A DNA stretch of 64,000 bases from a virus. Its lineage: Duplodnaviria > Caudoviricetes. The translations under genes were made by a program, and so were the position numbers. Shown piece after piece: positions 9,188 to 18,911 of this stretch (position 1 is its first letter; each line of letters starts with the position of its first letter). The notes under the pieces were generated by a model, which made no database searches, was not told where the DNA came from, and worked only from the letters and a program-made list of their open reading frames with translations. Where the stretch lies: IMG/VR virus record IMGVR_UViG_2740892280_000002, positions 1 to 64,000 of that record, one strand, 5' to 3'.

Positions 9188-10024
9188 TTGTTTCAGCTTA
9201 TCACGCTTGATCAGCGCCTCGCGCAAAAGCCGGCAGTCAATATCTGCATGTTCGGCGAAGCCGGTTCCGGCAAGACGACCCAGGCGCGGACGCTTCCGCC
9301 GGAAAAAACGCTCTTCCTCGACCTTGAAGCCGGTACGCTTGCACTCGGCGGCTGGGGCGGAACCGTCCTCCCGATCAATACGTGGGACGAAGCCTGCATG
9401 ATCGCCTCAATCCTCCACGGCCCGGACCCGGCGCTCGCTCCCGAGCAGCGCTATTCCCAGGCTTACTACGAATACGCCTGCGCTACTGCCGGCGCGGACT
9501 TTGTCGCTGCGCTCGCTCAGTTCGAATTCGTCTTCGTTGACTCGATCACGGTTTCCGGTCGCCACGCCCGGACGTGGGCCGAGCAGCAGGCGGAGAACAA
9601 GACCCAGGCGGGCAAGGTCGATACTCGCGGCGTCTACGGTACGCTCGGGACGGAAGTCGTCCGCTGGATCGAAAAGCTCCAGCATATCCGGACAAAGTCG
9701 GTAATCGTCGTCGGCGGCCTCGAAACCAAGACTGACGAATTCGGTCGCAAGGAACACATCCCTCTGATCGAAGGCTCCAAGGCTCCGCGCGAAATTCCTT
9801 ACATCTTCGATATCGTCCTTACCCTGCAATCTTTCGCGGCGGACGACGGGACGAAATATCGTGGCTTTGTAACTCAGCAGGACAACCCTGACGGCTTCCC
9901 GGCAAAGGACCGCTCCGGCGTCCTCGATATGATCGAGCAGCCGAACCTCTACCAGTTGATCCTCAAGACGCAGAACAGCGTTCGTCCCGACAACCTCAAT
10001 CTGTCGATGCCAAGCGCGGCCTAA
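9188..10024 (+). CDS. AAA_24 family ATPase (Sak4-like recombinase)
   Basis: Walker A GEAGSGKTT, LFLDLEAG, Walker B FVFVDS. Confidence 0.8.
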   Translation: MFQLITLDQRLAQKPAVNICMFGEAGSGKTTQARTLPPEKTLFLDLEAGTLALGGWGGTVLPINTWDEACMIASILHGPDPALAPEQRYSQAYYEYACATAGADFVAALAQFEFVFVDSITVSGRHARTWAEQQAENKTQAGKVDTRGVYGTLGTEVVRWIEKLQHIRTKSVIVVGGLETKTDEFGRKEHIPLIEGSKAPREIPYIFDIVLTLQSFAADDGTKYRGFVTQQDNPDGFPAKDRSGVLDMIEQPNLYQLILKTQNSVRPDNLNLSMPSAA

Positions 10025-10078
10025 CCCGCGCTTTTCAAAACCTCAAATCGTAGCCAAATTCAGAAATTAGGAGACTCA

Positions 10079-10927
10079 ATGTCCTGGGATCTTAACCTCA
10101 ACAACGCCGAAGCCCCGTCCAACGATTACGAGCTCGTTCCGCACGGAACGTTCGCAAAGATCAAAGTCAATATTCGCCTTGCGGAGGACGCCGGGAAACG
10201 CCACCCGAACGACCCGCACGTCACCGTCAACCCGGCGACCGGCTCTTGCTATCTCGATATGGTCTACACGATCACCGGGACCATCGACGGCAAGTGGGTC
10301 AACAAAAAGATTTTCGACAAGATCGGCATCAAGTCTTCAAACGAGAAGATCCAGCAAAATCGCGGCGAAGACAAATGGGCAAAGATGGGCTTCGGCATGA
10401 TCCGCAGCATCGTCGAGTCCGCTCGCGGTATCAACCCGAAGGATACGACCCCGGAAGCCAATATGAAGCGCGATATCTCGCAGGGCGGCTTCGCAAACCT
10501 TCAGGATCTTGAAATCGTCGGTCGCATTACCGTCGATACGAAGAACGTCGACGCGCAGGGCAATCCGAACCCGCAGAACCGCCTCGGCTCCGCGATTACC
10601 ATCGACCGGAAGGAATACTCCGCTCTTATGAGCGGCGCTCCGACCGGCGGCGGCGCGGCAATGGGCGGCGGTTCGGCTCCGGCCTGGGCAAACCAGGGTG
10701 GTCAGCAGGCTCAGCCTCAACAGCAGAACTTCGGCGGTCAGCAGCAGTTCCAGCAACCTGCCCAGCAGCAGCAGTTCCAGCCCCAGGAACAGCAGGCTCA
10801 GCAGTACCAGCCGCAGCCGCAGCAACAGCAGCAGCCGGACCAGAACTTCCAGCCTCCGCAGACTGGCGCCTGGGGCGGAGCTCCGGCTCAGCAACCGGCC
10901 CAGAACGCTGGTGGTTGGATGAACTAA
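10079..10927 (+). CDS. DUF669-like single-stranded DNA-binding protein with Q/G/P-rich tail
   Basis: YELVPHGT N-terminus, IFDKIG core, low-complexity Gln-rich C-terminus; module position. Confidence 0.7.
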   Translation: MSWDLNLNNAEAPSNDYELVPHGTFAKIKVNIRLAEDAGKRHPNDPHVTVNPATGSCYLDMVYTITGTIDGKWVNKKIFDKIGIKSSNEKIQQNRGEDKWAKMGFGMIRSIVESARGINPKDTTPEANMKRDISQGGFANLQDLEIVGRITVDTKNVDAQGNPNPQNRLGSAITIDRKEYSALMSGAPTGGGAAMGGGSAPAWANQGGQQAQPQQQNFGGQQQFQQPAQQQQFQPQEQQAQQYQPQPQQQQQPDQNFQPPQTGAWGGAPAQQPAQNAGGWMN

Positions 10928-10942
10928 TCCAAACCAAGAAAC

Positions 10943-10972
10943 GGCAGGGGATTCAATTCCCCTGCCTCTTTT
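10943..10972 (+). terminator. Intrinsic terminator
   Basis: GGCAGGGGA/TCCCCTGCC hairpin plus T-run. Confidence 0.7.
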
Positions 10973-11002
10973 ACGAGTAGACAAAAACAGAAAGGTCGAT
11001 AC

Positions 11003-12760
11003 GTGCTTCTCCGTCCCCGTCAAGAAATCTTTGTTCGGAAATCCGTCGCGGCGCTCAAGGAGCACGGGAATACCGTTTCGATTGCTTCTACAGGCTTCGG
11101 CAAAACGATCTGCCTCTCGGAGGTAGGCGGACGCCTCTTTGACGACGGCGCGGAGAAGGGGATCTGTATGGTCCACCGCGACGAAATCAACGAGCAGAAC
11201 CGCAAGAAATTTCACCGTGTCCGGCCTAACGGGATTTCGTCGACGCTCTTCGATTCCAAGCATAAGGATTGGCGCGGCCAGATGGTCTTCGCGATGGTCC
11301 AATCGCTTGCGACGTCAACGGCGCTCGCCGGTATGCCGACCGTCGACTTTATCGAGATCGATGAAGGCCATCACGCCGTTGCCGATACCTATCTCCGGAT
11401 CATCGAGCGCGGCCTTCAGCTCAACCCGAATATGAAGCTCTTCGCTGTTACCGCAACGCCTAAGCGCGGAGACAAGAAGGGTTTGACGCGCGCCGGGTTT
11501 GACAACGTCGCCGACGTCGTCGCGATCCCGGAGCTAATCAAGTCCGGTCACTTGGTAAAGCCTCGGACGTTCGTAATCGATCTCGGCGTTACCGAGGAGC
11601 TCAAGAACGCCAAGCGGACAAAGCACGACTTCGACGAAGACGCGGTCGCCGAGATCCTCAACAAGAAACCCCTGACCGACGCGGTAATCGAGCGCTGGTA
11701 TCAAATGGCGGGCGAGCGGCAGACGATCATGTTCTGCTCCAACGTCAAGCACTCAAAGGACGTTTGCGCGGCTCTTCAAGCTCGCGGTATTGCGGCGGCG
11801 CACGTTGACGGCAACACACCGACCGACGACCGCAAGGCGATTTTCGATAACTTCCGGGCGCATAAGATCCAGGTTGTTTGCAACGTCGCCGTAGCAACCG
11901 AGGGCTTTGACGCTCCGACCTGTTCCTGCGTCGTTATCCTTCGACAGCAATCCTGTCACGGGCAGTATATCCAGATCGTCGGTCGCGGCCTCCGGACTGT
12001 CGACCCCGAGGAATACCCGAACTTTATCAAGACGGACTGCATCGTCCTCGACTTCGGTGTTTCGACGATCATTCACGGCTCTCTTGAAATGGAGGTCAAC
12101 CTCCGGGAGATCAAAGGCGGCAAGGCTCCGACGAAGCTATGCCCGGACTGTTATTCGGAGATCCCGACAACCTCCCGCGAGTGCGGTATTTGCGGCCACG
12201 AATTCCCTGCGCCGGTCCGCGCGGAAGGCGAGGCGAAGCTTATCGACGAAATCGACGAATTCGGTATGACCGAGTTTGATCTCTTGGAGGACTCGACCTT
12301 CAAGTGGGAGGATATCATCGGCGACGAGTCCATGATGATGGCTGCCGGCTTCAACGCCTGGGCGTTTATTGGCTGGTATAACGGTTTCTGGCACGCGGTC
12401 GGCGGTATCTCGGGCGATCAGATCCGGCACTTGACCGTTGGTGACAAGAGCCAGGCCCTCGCTGCGGCCGATGATTGGATGCGCCTCAAGGAAAATACGC
12501 AGGGCGCTGCCAAAACGAAGCGATGGCTAACCCTCCCGCCGACCGACAAACAGGCGGAGCTCCTCGGCCTCCCGAAAAACGACGCGGTCGACAACGTTCT
12601 AAAGGCGCTCTCTTTCGGCTCGAAGAATACCAAGCTGCCGGAGCACGGGGTTACTCGCTACAAGGCGTCGCTCATGCTGACCTTCAAGTTCAACAAGGCG
12701 AAAATCAAGTCGCTTGTTCTTGAGAGCGCGACCCGGCTTGAAAACAAGATAGCCGCATGA
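11003..12760 (+). CDS. SF2 DEAD/DEAH helicase with zinc ribbon
   Basis: STGFGKT, IDEGHH, TATP, QIVGRGLR; CPDC...CGICG. Confidence 0.9.
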   Translation: MLLRPRQEIFVRKSVAALKEHGNTVSIASTGFGKTICLSEVGGRLFDDGAEKGICMVHRDEINEQNRKKFHRVRPNGISSTLFDSKHKDWRGQMVFAMVQSLATSTALAGMPTVDFIEIDEGHHAVADTYLRIIERGLQLNPNMKLFAVTATPKRGDKKGLTRAGFDNVADVVAIPELIKSGHLVKPRTFVIDLGVTEELKNAKRTKHDFDEDAVAEILNKKPLTDAVIERWYQMAGERQTIMFCSNVKHSKDVCAALQARGIAAAHVDGNTPTDDRKAIFDNFRAHKIQVVCNVAVATEGFDAPTCSCVVILRQQSCHGQYIQIVGRGLRTVDPEEYPNFIKTDCIVLDFGVSTIIHGSLEMEVNLREIKGGKAPTKLCPDCYSEIPTTSRECGICGHEFPAPVRAEGEAKLIDEIDEFGMTEFDLLEDSTFKWEDIIGDESMMMAAGFNAWAFIGWYNGFWHAVGGISGDQIRHLTVGDKSQALAAADDWMRLKENTQGAAKTKRWLTLPPTDKQAELLGLPKNDAVDNVLKALSFGSKNTKLPEHGVTRYKASLMLTFKFNKAKIKSLVLESATRLENKIAA

Positions 12761-13092
12761 CCGCGACCTGCAGGATCTGCCGCTCGCCTGTCCCCGATCT
12801 CTTTTCGCGAGCGGCTGTCCTTCGGGACAAACTCGAAAGAGAAATTCTAGGAGCGGCCTTCGTCTGCTCGGTAACTTGCGCAAAGGAGTTTGGAAACATG
12901 ATTGATCCGACCGACGCCGAGATCTCGGCGAAGAACGAAGCCAAAGCGAACGCTGCCGAATACCTTATGTCCGAGGGCTTGATCGACAAGCCGCTCAATA
13001 CCTTCTCCTCGGATCAGGTCGATACCTTCTTGTGGGTTGTCATCGACAACTACACCCGGAAGATGCGCAATGTTGAGGAGATCCCGTTTTGA
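12757..13092 (+). CDS. DUF6511-like protein
   Basis: CRIC...CSVTC, ends EEIPF; position between helicase and nuclease. Confidence 0.55.
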   Translation: MTATCRICRSPVPDLFSRAAVLRDKLEREILGAAFVCSVTCAKEFGNMIDPTDAEISAKNEAKANAAEYLMSEGLIDKPLNTFSSDQVDTFLWVVIDNYTRKMRNVEEIPF

Positions 13093-14096
13093 GCTTAGAC
13101 GTCCTTGCCGCCCTCGACCTGACGCTTAAGCGAGAAGTCCCAAAGGGTTCGAAGCTCTCGCCTCCGGTTGAAGCCGAACCTAGCCGAGAACCTGAAGAAA
13201 CAGGTCAAGGGCAGGTGATCGACTTCTCGCTAGTACGCGAGACAATCCCCGGCGACCGTCCTGTCGTAGCAGCCCTTTCCCGGATGATCGACGCCGCAAC
13301 CGCCCACGCTGCCGCCGAGCGCTATAAGGCCGGACGCGGCTCCGGTCAGGGCCTTGTCGCAAAGAAGCGTATCGGTGCGGGCTATATCGGCCTCGAATGC
13401 GACCGCCAACTTGCCTTCAAGTATCACAAGATCCCGCCGAGCGAGCGAGCCGAGGAGGATCAATTCCTTACGAAAGGCGAGCTCAACCGTCACGCGGAGT
13501 CCGGGCATTGGGCCGAGGAAAAGACTATTCAATGGTTCCGCGAGACCGGGATCGTTATCGAGACCGAGGTCCCCGGCGAAATCGGATATGACGGCAGACC
13601 GAAGCAGCACGGTTTTATGGCGGGTAAAGACCCGGCAACAGGGCAATACCGGCTTGCCGGGGAAGTCGACGGCGTCATAACAGCTCTTCCCGAGAGCGTC
13701 CCGGAAGACTTCGCCCTCGACCTTGAGACGCTCCGGCGCGCGGTCGGTCAGCCGCCGATTATTTGGGAGTCAAAGAAGGCGACCGATAAGAAATGGAAGC
13801 GCTTCAATAAGGAGGGCGTCAAGAAGTCCGACCCGAAATACTACGGGCAGATCCAGACTTGTATGGCGCACATGCAAATCCCTCGGGCGCTCTTCTCGAT
13901 GCTCAACCTCGATACGATGAAATATTTCTTCGAGGTTATCGACTTCGAGCCCGCCTATGCGCAGGGACTTATTGACCGGGCTGCGAAGGTTATAACGTCG
14001 CGCGGTCCGGAGGAATTCGCGCGGGTCTCCTCGACGCATACGGATCAACGCTGCCGGTTTTGCGACTGGAAGGAAACCTGCTGGACGATGCGATAA
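13089..14096 (+). CDS. PD-(D/E)XK Cas4/YqaJ-like exonuclease
   Basis: GEVDG, WESK, YYGQIQTCM, with C...CRFCDWKETC Cys cluster. Confidence 0.8.
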   Translation: MSLDVLAALDLTLKREVPKGSKLSPPVEAEPSREPEETGQGQVIDFSLVRETIPGDRPVVAALSRMIDAATAHAAAERYKAGRGSGQGLVAKKRIGAGYIGLECDRQLAFKYHKIPPSERAEEDQFLTKGELNRHAESGHWAEEKTIQWFRETGIVIETEVPGEIGYDGRPKQHGFMAGKDPATGQYRLAGEVDGVITALPESVPEDFALDLETLRRAVGQPPIIWESKKATDKKWKRFNKEGVKKSDPKYYGQIQTCMAHMQIPRALFSMLNLDTMKYFFEVIDFEPAYAQGLIDRAAKVITSRGPEEFARVSSTHTDQRCRFCDWKETCWTMR

Positions 14097-14110
14097 ACAC
14101 TTCGAAGAGA

Positions 14111-14137
14111 GGGCGTGGACTGCGCCCTTTTTCTTTT
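14111..14137 (+). terminator. Intrinsic terminator
   Basis: GGGCG/CGCCC hairpin plus long T-run. Confidence 0.65.
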
Positions 14138-14180
14138 GCTAGACCGTAGCCAAAATCGGAAACTAAGATACGGAGAGAAG

Positions 14181-16493
14181 ATGTCTAACCCTTTCGCGGG
14201 TTTCTTCAACCTCAATAACGCGCCCGTAGAGGGGCAGGACTTCGTCGAGATCGAAGTTAGCCGCGCGGATATCGAGGTCTTTGTCGAGACCCTCTATGGC
14301 CACTCCGATGGCTTTATCCCGCTCCGGGCGTTTCCGGAGAAAGGGACCGATACGAAGGTAACGCCGCGCCTTCATTGGGTTCCGAACGACGACAAGGTCG
14401 TCGACGCGGTTTATGCGTTCGCCCAGGAATGCGCCAAGAATAGAATGGCGGCTTACGTTATCCCCGGAACCGTCGCGGAATACGGTCAGGCGAAGGCCGA
14501 TCAGATCCGCGAAACCGGGACGATCCTGATCGATATCGATGCCGGCAACGTCGACGAAAAGCTCGCGGCGGCAACCGAAGCCCTCGGCGAGCCCTCGCTT
14601 ATTGTCGAGTCCGGCGGACGTACCGAGGAAGGCTACGGCAAGATCCATGTCTACTGGAAGCTTGACGAGTCGATGTGGGACGAAGACGTAAAGACGGCGT
14701 CGCGGGTACGTCACGAGCTTGCGATCAAGCTCGGGACGGATACGGCTTTCCAGTCTCCGCATCAGCCTATCCGAATCGCGGGCTCAATCCACGGCAAGAA
14801 CGGAATTCAGCGTCGATGCTCTATCCGGAAGAAAACCGATGTTGAGTACCGGCTCGAAGATCTAGTCGCACGATCGGCAGCTCTTAAGCCGCTCGCGGTC
14901 GCGGCTAAACCCGTCTCGCAGACCTCGATGTTCAACGCGGACGGCGGCTTTAACTTCAACCTCAACAATGCCCCGGTTAACGCCTCGGACGTTCAAGAGG
15001 TCTTGACGACGGTAACCCATGAGGGTGGCGTCGATGGTCGGACTCGCTTCGAGGCTCTCTCGAAAACAATCGGCTATTGGCTTCGCCGGGCGCACGAGGG
15101 CAAGATGCCGCTCGACAAGGCTGTCGAGGAAATCAAGCTCTACAACGAAGCGGCTATCCGTCCGCCTTGGGATGACGCGCGGCTTAATCAGGAAATCAAT
15201 GCTCTTTGGTCGAAGCACGTCAAAGAGAACGGCGAAGCGGTCCGCTACGTCGAGCAAATGCAGGTCAAGAATACGGATTTCATCCCGTTCTCGACCCTCT
15301 ACAACGATATCTCCGAGGACGATCCGGATCTCGTAGGGCCTGGGCTCCTCGACGTCGGCGGCTTTATGCTCCTCGCCGGTCCCCCGAAGTCTATGAAATC
15401 GATGCTCCTCCAATGGTGGCTTGAGCGCCTCGCGGTCGGTGAGGGGTTCTTCGGCTTCGCTCCCGAGCGTCCGCTCCGGATTGCCTACGTCCAGGCGGAG
15501 ATGACGAAAAAGCAGCTCAAGAAGCGTATGAAGATGCGCAAGAAGTCGAAAGAAGAGCTTGAGCTCCTCGGGAAAAACTTCCTTTTGACGGATCGCTTTA
15601 TGTGGCCCGCCGACGAAGAGGGCTCAAACAAGATCATCAACATGATCGATACGCACTTCGGCAAGGATACCCCGCCCGACGTTATCGTATTCGATCCGCT
15701 CGCGAACATCTTCGACGGGAAGTCGGAAAACGACAACGTCGATATGAAGAACTTTCTAACGAAGCGGATCGAATACATCCGCAACGCGGTCAACCCTGAT
15801 GCCGGCGTTATCCTTGTCCACCATGCGAACAAGGTCAAAGCGGAGGATATGAAGTCCGACCCGTTCAACGCTATTCGCGGCGCTTCGTCCCTTCGCGGCT
15901 ACTATTCCTCGGCGGTCTTTATCTGCAAGCTCGACCTTGAAGGCGACGACCCGACCCGGCGTATCTGGTTCGACTTCCGCTCGGAAGAACCGCCCGCGCC
16001 GAAGGATATCGAGCTCCGGAAGGATAACGGCGAATTCGTCGAGAAGGCTCCGCCGAAGAACTCCCAGGAGAGTCGCGCGGAGAAGGATCGGAACTTCCTC
16101 GAAAACGTTATCCTCGGGCAGTCCGAACAGTCGATGTACTACACGCCGTCGCAGTTCGCCGAGACCTACGGAGCGACCGGCGGTATGGGCTCCGCGAAAT
16201 CGATCAAAAAGAAGCTTCTAGAGCTCGCAAAGTCCGGGGTTATCAAGTTCTTTGACGGCTCCGCGCTCGGCCTAGAGCCAGTCTCAAAACGCGATTACGG
16301 CTATATTTGGGTTCCGGGTCTCCGCCATCCTAACGGAGATACGGAGGACGTTGATCAGGTAACCGGCGAATACAAGCTAAGCGAGGCTTTCGTTAAGCCT
16401 ACGCACTTCCTTGAGCCGGTCTCTAGCTCGTTTATTCCGCTTCCGCCCGACTTCGCGCAATCCCTCTATGACAAACGAAAGGATCTAAATTGA
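14181..16493 (+). CDS. RepB-type primase fused to AAA_25 (RecA-like) helicase
   Basis: LIDID, SGG...KIHVYW, RIAGS primase motifs; GPPKSMKS Walker A, VFDPL Walker B, LVHH, RGASS. Confidence 0.85.
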   Translation: MSNPFAGFFNLNNAPVEGQDFVEIEVSRADIEVFVETLYGHSDGFIPLRAFPEKGTDTKVTPRLHWVPNDDKVVDAVYAFAQECAKNRMAAYVIPGTVAEYGQAKADQIRETGTILIDIDAGNVDEKLAAATEALGEPSLIVESGGRTEEGYGKIHVYWKLDESMWDEDVKTASRVRHELAIKLGTDTAFQSPHQPIRIAGSIHGKNGIQRRCSIRKKTDVEYRLEDLVARSAALKPLAVAAKPVSQTSMFNADGGFNFNLNNAPVNASDVQEVLTTVTHEGGVDGRTRFEALSKTIGYWLRRAHEGKMPLDKAVEEIKLYNEAAIRPPWDDARLNQEINALWSKHVKENGEAVRYVEQMQVKNTDFIPFSTLYNDISEDDPDLVGPGLLDVGGFMLLAGPPKSMKSMLLQWWLERLAVGEGFFGFAPERPLRIAYVQAEMTKKQLKKRMKMRKKSKEELELLGKNFLLTDRFMWPADEEGSNKIINMIDTHFGKDTPPDVIVFDPLANIFDGKSENDNVDMKNFLTKRIEYIRNAVNPDAGVILVHHANKVKAEDMKSDPFNAIRGASSLRGYYSSAVFICKLDLEGDDPTRRIWFDFRSEEPPAPKDIELRKDNGEFVEKAPPKNSQESRAEKDRNFLENVILGQSEQSMYYTPSQFAETYGATGGMGSAKSIKKKLLELAKSGVIKFFDGSALGLEPVSKRDYGYIWVPGLRHPNGDTEDVDQVTGEYKLSEAFVKPTHFLEPVSSSFIPLPPDFAQSLYDKRKDLN

Positions 16494-16849
16494 CGCTCGA
16501 ATCCCTCCCGTCGCAAATCGTTGTTGGCTATCAGACTGTCGGGGTCTACGTCGATGAAATGATCCCAGCGAGCAACGTCGCGGCCTATAGCGCCGCGCAC
16601 TCACGGATCCATATCGATTCCTCGGCGCATCATACAAACGAGGATATCGTCAACTCGGTTATTCACGAGGTTCTTCACGCCTGTTTCTATACCTCCAATC
16701 TCTCACGGCTTGATCCTGGTGAGCATGAGGAAATGACCGTGACAATGCTCGCAAACTCGCTAACCCAGGTTTTCCGCGACAATCCGGATTTCCTTGACTG
16801 GGTCCGCTTCTCAATCGAGAAAACAAATTGTAGCCAAAAACAGAATTAG
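16490..16849 (+). CDS. Small HExxH zinc-metallopeptidase-like protein
   Basis: NSVIHEVLHA...EE motif. Confidence 0.6.
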   Translation: MTLESLPSQIVVGYQTVGVYVDEMIPASNVAAYSAAHSRIHIDSSAHHTNEDIVNSVIHEVLHACFYTSNLSRLDPGEHEEMTVTMLANSLTQVFRDNPDFLDWVRFSIEKTNCSQKQN

Positions 16850-16852
16850 CCC

Positions 16853-16881
16853 TGTACAGGATTTGCCGGATCGGTTACGAC
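16853..16881 (+). promoter_or_regulatory. TGTACA-class promoter
   Basis: TGTACA-N17-TACGAC, directly after an operator copy at 16830. Confidence 0.5.
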
Positions 16882-16930
16882 TCTCTCTATCGAAAACGAA
16901 CGCGAAACAACGCGATTTAGGAGAGAGAAG

Positions 16931-17143
16931 ATGTTTGTAGTTCGCAACCGTTCCGGCTACCTGGCCCTTGAAAACGGCGAGTTTTTCTTCGCCAAGAATC
17001 CGAACAAAGCTTTCAAGTTTTCTACGCTTTCCGAGGCAGACGGTTACGCCTCCGAATACGGCGGATCTGCCGAACCTTCCTCCGCTCCGCGCTTCCGCCG
17101 GAAGAACGACAAGCGCTCGCTCGCCTTCTCCCTTGCTGCCTAA
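16931..17143 (+). CDS. Hypothetical protein
   Basis: RBS AGGAGAG; ORF in operon orientation. Confidence 0.55.
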   Translation: MFVVRNRSGYLALENGEFFFAKNPNKAFKFSTLSEADGYASEYGGSAEPSSAPRFRRKNDKRSLAFSLAA

Positions 17144-17176
17144 CGAGTAGCCAAAAAAGGAAAGGCGGTTACGCCA

Positions 17177-18475
17177 ATGTCAACGCTTAAGTCAGACGGG
17201 ATCGTCCTCTCCTCGGAGCAGGAGACCGCCGTCAAGAAGTTCCGCGATTGGTGGCGCGGCAAAGAAGGCAAGACCTTCTATCTCGCCGGGTACGCCGGTA
17301 CGGGTAAATCAACCGTTGCAAAGATCATGGCCGAGGGTAAAGGTCGGATCGGATACGCGGCTCCGACCCATAAGGCGGCGGCTGTTCTCCGGTCCAAAGG
17401 GATCGCAGGCGCGGGGACGATCCATTCCTTTATCTACATTCTCGAAGAGCCTCGGCGCGAGGACTTTGCGACGGATTGGGAATACGAAAAGGCGCTGATC
17501 GCCTTCCTTGACTCCCCGGAATTCGCCCTCCAACCCGAAGACTCGCTCGACGAATACGACCTGATCGTCGTCGACGAATGCTCGATGGTAGATCAGAAGA
17601 CGCTCGACGATCTCGAAAAGTTTGCGCCTCGGATCTTGGCGATGGGCGACCCCGGCCAGCTCCCGCCTGTTGGAGGACCCGGAGCCTTTACCTTCCGGGA
17701 GCCCGACGCGATCTTGACGCAGGTTCATCGTCAGGCGGAGGATAACCCGATCCTGGCACTTGCGACGCAGGTCCGGCTTACGGGCCAGTATGGCGCCTTT
17801 GACGATATCCCGATTATTTCGGCATACGATCACAACGCGGTCGACTGGTTCCTCAATAACGCTGACCAGGTTGTCGCGGGCTTCAACAAGACCCGGCGCG
17901 AGGTCAACTTCCGGGTACGGCGCTTGCGCGGTATTGACGACTTTTGGCCTGTCCCCGGAGATCGGATGATCTCTCAATCGGGAGCGATTATTCACAAGCG
18001 CGTCGACCCGTCCGAGGTTGATCTTTCTTCAACTCTTCGTGGCCTCGGCTTCGAAGACGATACGCAGGACGGCCTCTTCAACGGCGAGGAAGTCGTGATC
18101 GAGAAGGTCGTGCGAGACAAGAATAATCAGGTGATGGAACAGCCTGAATTTCGATCAATCGGCTCTCAGGATTTCAGGTTCAAATCGGCGTATGCGGACA
18201 TTCGCAAGCTCGATAAGCCCGGCGTCTATATGGCGAATTGTGTTACAGATTGGTGGAAACCTGACGTCTCCGCGAACCCTCGAAAATGGAGGGGTTTCGT
18301 CCATCTCGATTACGCTTACGCGATTACGGCGCACAAGAGCCAGGGCTCGGAATGGGAGCGCGTCGCTATCTACGACGACGGCTTCGCGGCCCGGAATATC
18401 GAGGATCGGAAAAAGTGGCTCTATACGGCTGTCACCCGAGCCTCCAAGGCGCTCGCTATCATCAGGTCAAACTGA
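17177..18475 (+). CDS. Dda/RecD-like SF1B ATP-dependent helicase
   Basis: GYAGTGKS, APTHKAA, VVDECSM, GDPGQLPP, YAITAHKSQGSEW, LYTAVTRA. Confidence 0.9.
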   Translation: MSTLKSDGIVLSSEQETAVKKFRDWWRGKEGKTFYLAGYAGTGKSTVAKIMAEGKGRIGYAAPTHKAAAVLRSKGIAGAGTIHSFIYILEEPRREDFATDWEYEKALIAFLDSPEFALQPEDSLDEYDLIVVDECSMVDQKTLDDLEKFAPRILAMGDPGQLPPVGGPGAFTFREPDAILTQVHRQAEDNPILALATQVRLTGQYGAFDDIPIISAYDHNAVDWFLNNADQVVAGFNKTRREVNFRVRRLRGIDDFWPVPGDRMISQSGAIIHKRVDPSEVDLSSTLRGLGFEDDTQDGLFNGEEVVIEKVVRDKNNQVMEQPEFRSIGSQDFRFKSAYADIRKLDKPGVYMANCVTDWWKPDVSANPRKWRGFVHLDYAYAITAHKSQGSEWERVAIYDDGFAARNIEDRKKWLYTAVTRASKALAIIRSN

Positions 18476-18505
18476 CGGAGCCTTCTAGCGGTCGTCTTAA
18501 TACGG

Positions 18506-18736
18506 AAAAAATATCCTATCCTTGCCCGCTCCAACTAAGAAGGGCTAGGATGGGATATATTTTTCCTCCTTGTATTTATCCGACCTAGCTCGGTCGCTTT
18601 CGCTTCCCGCCCTATCCGCTTCGGGTAAACCTACGCTATCGGGCGTGACCGAGCTAACGCAGAGTGCGCGCAAGAAGGCTCATCGAAAATAAAGGGTGCT
18701 AGGCAGGCGAGAAGCGTTTCTAGGCTATCGTTGTAG
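18506..18736. ncRNA. Structured non-coding element, copy 1 (putative sRNA, strand unresolved, minus favoured)
   Basis: 59-bp hairpin block identical to 47004-47062, conserved apical hairpin, 16-bp box; no credible ORF. Confidence 0.6.
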
Positions 18737-18853
18737 CCAAAAAGATAAGAACGGCTGCGGAGCACCTGTTATTTTTTGATATTGGGTATGATTTGGCATT
18801 CTCCGAGGGGTCAAAAGCGAGAGGGAGAGCGAATAGCGGCTACATCGGCCCTC

Positions 18854-18882
18854 TTGATAGGGTTTTCGAATTTGGCTACAAG
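18854..18882 (+). promoter_or_regulatory. Promoter for the dnaN operon with inverted operator in the spacer
   Basis: TTGATA-N17-TACAAG; spacer ends TTTGGC. Confidence 0.6.
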
Positions 18883-18911
18883 CGGCCAACGCAACCGGAA
18901 AGGAGCAACAA

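Noticed and set aside
10710-10920. CAG-rich stretch as a functional DNA repeat
   Set aside because: Explained by the Gln-rich disordered SSB tail.
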